From Cereibacter sphaeroides 2.4.1 (lineage in GTDB: Bacteria; Pseudomonadota; Alphaproteobacteria; Rhodobacterales; Rhodobacteraceae), in assembly GCF_000012905.2 (NCBI RefSeq), contig NC_007493.2, positions 120,001-152,000 of the forward strand: a DNA stretch of 32,000 nt. Direction: 5' to 3'. This document shows, one piece after another, positions 26,245-32,000 of this stretch. The notes under the pieces are model-generated. The model made no database searches. It saw only the letters and a program-made list of their open reading frames with translations, and was not told where the DNA came from. Each line of letters starts with the position of its first letter. The stretch's first letter is position 1. A program made the translations under genes and the position numbers.

Positions 26245-26287
26245 TGTCATGCCATGCAGACATTGCGAATGTCAGGGATTCGATACA
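26245..26287. promoter_or_regulatory. Two tandem PpsR/CrtJ-type sites TGT-N12-ACA separated by 7 bp, upstream of puc2B
   Basis: TGTCATGCCATGCAGACA (26245-26262) and TGTCAGGGATTCGATACA (26270-26287) were read directly and anchored to track ORF 26249. Confidence 0.75.
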
Positions 26288-26422
26288 GGGTCGAACCGTC
26301 GAGAATTCGGTAAGGGCGCCGGGCGGCATTTGGCAATCATCCAGGCCAGCGGGATCTGCCGTTTTCGAAGCCTAGCGTGCAGGCCCTACACGCATCGAGG
26401 AAGCACATTCGGGAGAGTACAA

Positions 26423-26578
26423 GTGACCGATGATCCGAAAAAGGTCTGGCCGAGCGGCCTGACGATCGCCGAAGCGGAAGAGGTGCATAAGCAGCTCATC
26501 CTGGGCACGCGCGTGTTCGGCGGCATGGCCCTGATCGCGCATTTCCTGGCGGCGGCGGCGACGCCGTGGCTCGGCTGA
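26423..26578 (+). CDS. puc2B: Light-harvesting 2 (B800-850) beta polypeptide, second copy
   Basis: It has a GTG start preceded by GGGAGAG. (M)[50 protein letters not shown] is near-identical to my recollection of R. sphaeroides PucB. Confidence 0.9.
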   Translation: MTDDPKKVWPSGLTIAEAEEVHKQLILGTRVFGGMALIAHFLAAAATPWLG

Positions 26579-26591
26579 GGGAGAAGTAAAG

Positions 26592-27383
26592 ATGAACAAC
26601 TCGAAGATGTGGCTGACGGTGAACCCCAACCTCGGCGTTCCGCTGCTGCTGGGCTCTGTCGCCGTCGCGTCGCTAGTGGTCCATGGGGCCGTGCTGACGA
26701 CGACGCCGTGGATCGCGAACTACTATCAGGGCTCGGAGCCGTGGCCGGTCGCGGCCGCGCCGGCCGAAGAGGCTGCCGCACCGGTTGAAGCCGCTGCTCC
26801 GGCTGACGAGGCTGCGGCCCCGGTCGAGGAAGCCGCGCCGGTTGCCGAAGCCGCTGCTCCGGCCGAGGAAGCCGCTCCGGCCGCCGAGGCTGCCGTGCCG
26901 GCCGAGGAAGCCGCGCCGGCTGCCGAAGCCGCTGCTCCGGCCGAAGAAGCCGCGCCGGCTGCTGAAGCCGCTGCTCCGGCCGAAGAAGCCGCGCCGGCTG
27001 CTGAAGCCGCCGCTCCGGTCGAAGAAGCCGCGCCGGCAGCTGAAGCCGCCGCTCCGGCCGAAGAAGCTGCACCGGTCGCCGAAGCCGCCGCTCCGGCCGA
27101 GGAAGCCGCTCCGGTCGCCGAACCGGCAGCGGAGCCCGCTCCGGCGGCCGAAGCTGCGGCTCCGGTGGCCGAAGTCTCGGCGCCTGCGGCTGAGCTTGCC
27201 GCGCCGGTGGCCATGTCGCTCGTCGACATCGCCGCCAAGCTGAACGGGCTCGGCTACTCGGTGCAGTCGGTCACGAAGACCGAAGGCGGCTACGTGGTCA
27301 ACATGACCGACGCCAACGGCATGCCGGTTGCGGCGACGCTCGACCCGGTGACCGGCCTGCCGTTCGTTCCGGCCGCGCAATAA
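26592..27383 (+). CDS. puc2A: LH2 alpha-like polypeptide with a long Ala/Pro/Glu-rich C-terminal extension
   Basis: The N-terminal 50 aa (MNNSKMWLTVNPNLGVPLLLGSVAVASLVVHGAVLTTTPWIANYYQGS) is PucA-like, with the BChl-ligand His. The remainder is repeats plus a roughly 55-aa terminal domain. Confidence 0.9.
   Translation: MNNSKMWLTVNPNLGVPLLLGSVAVASLVVHGAVLTTTPWIANYYQGSEPWPVAAAPAEEAAAPVEAAAPADEAAAPVEEAAPVAEAAAPAEEAAPAAEAAVPAEEAAPAAEAAAPAEEAAPAAEAAAPAEEAAPAAEAAAPVEEAAPAAEAAAPAEEAAPVAEAAAPAEEAAPVAEPAAEPAPAAEAAAPVAEVSAPAAELAAPVAMSLVDIAAKLNGLGYSVQSVTKTEGGYVVNMTDANGMPVAATLDPVTGLPFVPAAQ
26811..27122 (+). repeat. Eight in-frame tandem 39-bp repeats (13-aa unit AAAPAEEAAPAAE) inside puc2A
   Basis: The units were read directly at residues 74-177 of Puc2A. 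Degenerate units flank them across about 26748-27212. Confidence 0.9.
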
Positions 27384-27405
27384 GCCTCTGCATTTCTCTG
27401 GGAAA

Positions 27406-27429
27406 GGCCGCCCTTTGGGGCGGCCTTTT
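27406..27429 (+). terminator. Rho-independent terminator after puc2A
   Basis: GGCCGCCC-TTTG-GGGCGGCC is followed by TTTT. Confidence 0.85.
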
Positions 27430-27827
27430 CACGTTGTGGCCGGTGTTCCACCTTGGTCCTTGGGTCTTCGGCTTTAGGGGAAGGTGGTGCAGGCAAGGAC
27501 CGGCGGTGCGGCTTCCGCGCCGCGAGGCTTGGGCTTGGCGGCTTGGAGCGTTCGGGCGCCGGCGGACTGAAGGGCTCGAGGACGAGAAGGACCGGCCGCG
27601 GCTCGCCAGCCGAAAGATGAGTTCTCGCTCAGGACCCGCCCGCCGAGGATTGGGCTTCCGGATTCCGAACGTCTCGGAAGAAGGGCCTCTGGGCGCATGT
27701 GCGCGCTCTCACGCGGTGCTATTTCGACCGGGCGGCGGGCTGATCCGGTATACCGCGGCATACCGGTCTTCCCTCGGCCACCCTTTTCCGCTATGCCTCG
27801 CCTGACCAACCATTCGGGAGCCTCTCC

Positions 27828-29042
27828 ATGTCGAAGATCAAGGTAGCGAACCCCGTCGTCGAGCTCGACGGCGACGAGATGACCCGCATCATCTGGGACT
27901 TCATCAAGCAGAAGCTGATCCTGCCCTACCTCGACATCGACCTGCATTACTACGACCTCGGCATCGAGGAGCGCGACCGCACCGAGGACCGGATCACGGT
28001 CGATGCGGCCCATGCGATCAAGCAGTATGGCGTGGGCGTGAAATGCGCCACCATCACGCCGGACGAGGCGCGGGTCGACGAATTCGGCCTGAAATCCATG
28101 TGGAAGAGCCCGAACGGCACGATCCGCAACATCCTCGGCGGCGTGATCTTCCGCCAGCCGATCATCTGCCGCAACGTCCCGCGCCTCGTGCCGGGCTGGA
28201 CGAAGCCCATCGTCGTCGGCCGCCATGCCTTCGGCGACCAGTATCGCGCGACGGACTTCCGCTTCCCGGGCAAGGGCAAGCTCACGCTGAAATTCGTGGG
28301 CGAGGACGGCGCGGTGATCGAGCGCGAGGTGTTCGACGCGCCGGGCTCGGGCGTGACCATGGCGATGTACAACCTCGACCAGTCGATCATCGACTTCGCG
28401 CGGGCCTCGATGAACTACGGGCTGAACCTCGGCTGGCCGGTGTACCTCTCGACCAAGAACACGATCCTCAAGGCCTACGACGGGCGCTTCAAGGACCTCT
28501 TCCAGCAGGTCTACGAGGAGGAATTCGCCGAGAAGTTCAAGGCGGCGGGCATCACCTACGAGCACCGGCTGATCGACGACATGGTGGCCTCGGCGCTGAA
28601 ATGGTCGGGCGGCTATGTCTGGGCCTGCAAGAACTACGACGGCGACGTGCAGTCGGATACGGTGGCGCAGGGCTTCGGCTCGCTCGGGCTGATGACGAGC
28701 GTGCTGATGACGCCGGACGGGCAGACGGTGGAGGCCGAGGCCGCGCATGGCACGGTCACGCGGCACTTCCGCCAGCATCAGGCGGGCAAGGAGACCTCGA
28801 CCAACTCGATCGCCTCGATCTACGCCTGGACGGGGGGCCTCAAGCACCGCGCCAAGCTCGACGGCAATGCCGATCTCGCCCGCTTCGCCGAGACGCTCGA
28901 GCGGGTCACGGTGCAGACGGTCGAGGACGGCTTCATGACGAAGGACCTCGCACTCCTCGTGGGCCCGGATCAGAAGTGGCTGACCACGATGGGCTATCTC
29001 GAGAGGGTCGACGAATATCTCGACCGCGCGCTCGGCGCCTGA
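27828..29042 (+). CDS. icd: NADP-dependent isocitrate dehydrogenase (eukaryote-like homodimeric type)
   Basis: [39 protein letters not shown]..., 404 aa, is collinear with type II NADP-IDH. Confidence 0.95.
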   Translation: MSKIKVANPVVELDGDEMTRIIWDFIKQKLILPYLDIDLHYYDLGIEERDRTEDRITVDAAHAIKQYGVGVKCATITPDEARVDEFGLKSMWKSPNGTIRNILGGVIFRQPIICRNVPRLVPGWTKPIVVGRHAFGDQYRATDFRFPGKGKLTLKFVGEDGAVIEREVFDAPGSGVTMAMYNLDQSIIDFARASMNYGLNLGWPVYLSTKNTILKAYDGRFKDLFQQVYEEEFAEKFKAAGITYEHRLIDDMVASALKWSGGYVWACKNYDGDVQSDTVAQGFGSLGLMTSVLMTPDGQTVEAEAAHGTVTRHFRQHQAGKETSTNSIASIYAWTGGLKHRAKLDGNADLARFAETLERVTVQTVEDGFMTKDLALLVGPDQKWLTTMGYLERVDEYLDRALGA

Positions 29043-29051
29043 GCGAAGGCC

Positions 29052-29102
29052 GGGGGGCTGTCTGCCCCCCGGACCCCCCGAGGATATTTTTCCAGAGTGA
29101 AG
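29052..29102 (+). repeat. Intergenic REP/MITE-like element, copy B
   Basis: GGGGGGCTGTCTGCCCCCCGGACCCCCCGAGGATATTTTTCCAGAGTGAAG is near-identical to copy A apart from a 17-nt indel. Confidence 0.8.
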
Positions 29103-29285
29103 ATGGGAAGGCTGTGGCGCGCGCTCCACCCAAGCCTCCCATGCCGGGGACCGAGCCCCGCGGCCCTCGCCCGACTCCCGGCGGCTTCGCCGGGTCCGCC
29201 CGGACAGAGCAGGTCCGTCCGCCTCGACACGTCCTCCCGCGGCAGCCCCCGACCGGGCACCCTCGGATCCGACGCCCCTCTTGCC

Positions 29286-29334
29286 CTTTCATTCTGGCCC
29301 AAATATCCCGGGGGTCCGGGGGCAGAGCCCCCGG
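29286..29334 (-). repeat. Intergenic REP/MITE-like element, copy C (inverted)
   Basis: The reverse complement reads CCGGGGGCTCTGCCCCCGGACCCCCGGGATATTTGGGCCAGAATGAAAG. Confidence 0.7.
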
Positions 29335-29361
29335 CCTTGCCGCATCCGACCGGCCACGCGC

Positions 29362-30337
29362 TCAGGTCAGATCCGCCACCTTTGCCCGGAGCCGCACCAT
29401 TGCCAGCACCGTGTCGATGGTGGGCGTCGGCAGGTTCACGATGCGGCCAAGTTCCGCCACGGACCCCACCAGCGCCTCGATCTCCATCGGCCGCCCTGCT
29501 TCGAGATCCTGCAGCATCGACGTCCGGTGCGCACCGACGGCTGCGCCCCCGTCGATGCGGCGCTCCACATCGATGGGAAACTTGACCCCCCAGCCGTTCG
29601 GCGATCGCCTGAGCTTCCAGCATCATCGAGCGGGCGACGGCGCGTGTGCCGGGATCCGTGCAGAGCCGGTCGAGCGTCGCCCCGGTCAGGGCCGAGATCG
29701 GATTGAAGGAGAGGTTGCCCCAGAGCTTCACCCAGATCTCGTCGCGCAGTCGCGGGCGCACCGGCGCCTTGAGCCCCGCCGCCGTCAGCGCCTCCGACAG
29801 GCGCAGCGCGCGGTCGGACTTTTCCCCCGAAGGCTCGCCCAGCGAGAAGCGGTTGCCCTCCAGATGGCGGACGGCCCCGGGCTCGACCACTTCGGCGGCC
29901 GGATAGACCACGCAGCCCAGCACGCGGTCCGGGCCGAGCCCGTCCCATTGCACGCCGCCGGGGTCGACGCTTTCCAGCCGCCGGCCCTCGAGCGGGCCGC
30001 CGTGGCGGTGGAAATACCACCAGGGCAGGCCGTTCACGCCCGAGACCAGCGTGCCCTCGGCCCCGAGCAGACGGGAGAGCTGCGGCACCACGGCAGGCAC
30101 CGAATGGGCCTTGAGCGTCACGATCACATAATCCTGGGGCCCCAGCGCGGCGGGATCGGACGCCGCGCGCACGGGCACCGTCCGTGTGCCGCCCTCCTCG
30201 ATCAGCGTGAGGCCGCGGGCCTGCATCGCCGCCAGATGCGGGCCGCGCGCCACCAGCGAGACATCGGCCCCCGCAGCTGCGAGTTTTGCGCCCATGTAGC
30301 CGCCGATGGCGCCGGCGCCGAAGATGCAGATCCTCAT
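29362..30337 (-). pseudogene. panE: 2-dehydropantoate 2-reductase (PanE/ApbA family) with a reading-frame break in a C6 (G6 on coding strand) run at 29586-29591
   Basis: The N-terminal part (MRICIFGAGAIGGYMGAKLAAAG...SMMLEAQAIAERLG) is in one frame. The C-terminal part (VKFPIDVERRIDGGAAVGAHRTSMLQDLEAGRPMEIEAL...AKVADLT) is in another. Removing one G restores ...ERLGVKFPID... Confidence 0.75.
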
Positions 30338-31869
30338 GCCGGGCTGACCAGCCCCAGCTTCTCGGCCAGCCCGATCCGCTGCAGCTTGCCGGTGGCCCCC
30401 TTCGGGATCTCGTCGAGCAGCACCACGCGGCGCGGCACCTTGAACTCCGCAAGCCGGTCGGCACAGAAGGCGCGGATCGCCGCCTCGTCCGCGGCCATCC
30501 CCTCGCGCAGCACGACCGCCGCCGCGACCTCCTCTCCGAGCTTCGGATGCGGCAGGGCGAAGGTCACGACCTGCAGGACGGCCGGATGGTCCATCAGCAC
30601 CCCGTCGACCTCGAGCGGCGAGATCTTCTCGCCGCCGCGGTTGATGATCTCCTTGAGCCGCCCGGTGATCGTCAGATAGCCCTCGGCGTCGAAGCGGCCC
30701 TGATCGCCGGTGCGGAACCAGCGCTCGCCCTCGGCCTCGAAGAAGCTCTTCGCGTTGGCGGCCTTGTTCGCTTCGTAGCCCGCCGTCACGTTCGGGCCCG
30801 AGATCACCACCTCGCCCGTGCCCTCGATCAGCCGGTCGGAGGCCTCGTCGGCGATCCGGACCTGCGGCCCGGCCGCGACGCCCACCGATCCCGGCTTCTG
30901 CGGGCGGGGCGGAAGCGGGTTCGAGGTCATCTGGTGGGCGGCTTCGGTCATGCCGTAGGCCTCGATCACCGGGGCGCGGAAGGTGGCCGACAGCGCCTCC
31001 ATCACCTGGGCGGGCAGCGAGGCCGAGGAGGAGCGGATGAAGCGCAGCGGCACGCGCTCGATCACCTCGGCATTGCGGGGCGCGCGGGCGAGGATGGCCT
31101 GATGCATCGTCGGCACCGCCGTGTACCAGGTGGGCCGGGCCGCCTCGATCCAGCCGAAGACCTTCAGCGCGTCGAACCCCGGCGCGCACCAGACCGAAGC
31201 GCCGGCGGCAAGGCTCGCCGATACCGCCGCCACCAGCCCGTGGATGTGGAAAAGCGGCATCATGTTGAGGCAACGGTCGTGCGGCGTGAGCGCGAGGCTG
31301 CCGGCGATATGGTGCGCGGATGCCGAGAGGTTGCCATGGCGAAGCGGCACGATCTTGGGCCGCGAGGTCGTGCCCGACGTATGCAGGATCAGGGCCAGGT
31401 CGCGCGGCCGCGCGGTGGCGCGCTCGGGCTCGCCCGGGGCCACGCTCTCGGCGCGCAGGGTGAAGCTGCCTGCGGGATCGGCCGCGTCATGTCCGAGGCG
31501 CAGGACCGCAAGGCCCAGATGGTTCGCGGCCACCAGAGCCGGGCCGTCATAGCCTTCGGCCAGCACGATGGCCTTGGCGCCGAGGTCCGAGAGGTAGAAT
31601 TCGAACTCTTCGAGCCGGTAGGCCGGATTGAGGGGCGCGGTGACGGCGCCCTCGGCAAGGGCCACGAAGGCCGTGGCCATCTCGGGTCCGTTCGGCAGAA
31701 CGATGGCCACCCGGTCGCCCTTTCCCACGCCCGCGGCATGGAGCGCCGTGACCGTATGGCCCACAAGCTCGCGCAGGCCCGCATAGGTCAGCCAGGGCCG
31801 GTCGGGGGCGCCGACGGCGAGGCCGTCATTGCGGTGGAAGGCGAAAAGGTCCGACAGGGTCGCGGTCAT
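30334..31869 (-). CDS. AMP-dependent acyl-CoA synthetase, AAE3/Pcs60-like (possible oxalate-CoA ligase)
   Basis: It has AMP-binding motifs (LHTSGTTSRPK, GYGMTE-like AYGMTEA). The N-terminal PLNPAYRLEEFEFYLSDLGAK resembles the AAE3/Pcs60 family as I recall it. Its stop overlaps the panE-like ATG (ATGA). Confidence 0.8.
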   Translation of the reverse strand: MTATLSDLFAFHRNDGLAVGAPDRPWLTYAGLRELVGHTVTALHAAGVGKGDRVAIVLPNGPEMATAFVALAEGAVTAPLNPAYRLEEFEFYLSDLGAKAIVLAEGYDGPALVAANHLGLAVLRLGHDAADPAGSFTLRAESVAPGEPERATARPRDLALILHTSGTTSRPKIVPLRHGNLSASAHHIAGSLALTPHDRCLNMMPLFHIHGLVAAVSASLAAGASVWCAPGFDALKVFGWIEAARPTWYTAVPTMHQAILARAPRNAEVIERVPLRFIRSSSASLPAQVMEALSATFRAPVIEAYGMTEAAHQMTSNPLPPRPQKPGSVGVAAGPQVRIADEASDRLIEGTGEVVISGPNVTAGYEANKAANAKSFFEAEGERWFRTGDQGRFDAEGYLTITGRLKEIINRGGEKISPLEVDGVLMDHPAVLQVVTFALPHPKLGEEVAAAVVLREGMAADEAAIRAFCADRLAEFKVPRRVVLLDEIPKGATGKLQRIGLAEKLGLVSPA

Positions 31870-32000
31870 GGGCTGTTCCTTCGACGGTCGCGGAGGCGCG
31901 GATTGCCCCCGGAAGCGCCGCTTGCGCGGCGCGGTCCGGAGACATCTCGCGCCGCATTCGCGGCCGGGTCAAGGGAGCATCCTCGCCGCGGGGCAGCGAG

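Noticed and set aside
26255-26275. A possible FnrL/FNR box (TTGAT-N4-ATCAA) near TTGCGAATGTCA in the puc2 promoter
   Set aside because: Only a weak half-site resemblance exists. The sequence is fully explained as the spacer and arm of the PpsR sites.
26811-27122. A possible CRISPR array or non-coding tandem repeat
   Set aside because: The units are contiguous with no spacers, are 39 bp (a multiple of three), and are in frame within puc2A. There are no cas genes.
26386-27380. Minus- and plus-strand alternative-frame ORFs through the puc2A repeats (26386-27072, 26673-27380, 26726-27238, 26785-27243)
   Set aside because: These are artefacts of the 39-bp repeat being open in several frames. Only the 26592 frame begins with a PucA-like transmembrane domain directly after puc2B.
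27474-31273. Very long ORFs 27474-29129 (-), 28043-30679 (+) and 28994-31273 (-, 759 aa)
   Set aside because: The first two are antisense or out of frame to icd and to the panE and synthetase genes. The 759-aa ORF is a chimera: an out-of-frame read through the synthetase 3' half, the genuine PanE N-terminal frame, then read-through past the frameshift into intergenic DNA and the 3' end of icd on the opposite strand.

Overview
Very GC-rich alphaproteobacterial chromosomal segment. The puc2BA operon, with its unusually long 263-aa LH2 alpha-like Puc2A, points to Cereibacter (Rhodobacter) sphaeroides or a very close relative. No tRNA, rRNA, CRISPR array, transposase or integrase was seen. Many ORF-track entries are antisense or out-of-frame shadow ORFs typical of high-GC DNA, and several real genes start downstream of the track start.

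Gene order, left to right:
- hslU, 3' part.
- A minus-strand operon: hotdog dehydratase, SDR, FkbH/HAD-IIIC, carrier protein, MBOAT. It diverges from a membrane-anchored SGNH/DltD-like gene followed by rfbF, with a GT2 glycosyltransferase beyond.
- AttH-like lipocalin with a FtsX-type ABC transporter.
- An iron block: DUF1513, imelysin, di-haem DUF1111, bfr, bfd, imelysin, hemP, plus an untracked 38-codon ORF. An IscR/Iron-Rhodo-like palindrome sits in the divergent promoter shared with a Cys-rich DUF533 gene.
- IclR regulator and a VOC protein.
- Urate/allantoin catabolism: allA, allE, a puuE-uraD fusion, uraH.
- puc2BA preceded by tandem PpsR sites.
- icd, a frameshifted panE-like gene, and an AAE3/Pcs60-like acyl-CoA synthetase.

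The best candidate for an undescribed system is 1214-7279. It looks like a Dlt-like, carrier-protein-dependent envelope O-acylation pathway. The MBOAT carries a fused C-terminal FLYFAF acyl-shuttle-type tail, and the carrier protein appears to be loaded by an FkbH-type enzyme rather than a DltA-type ligase.
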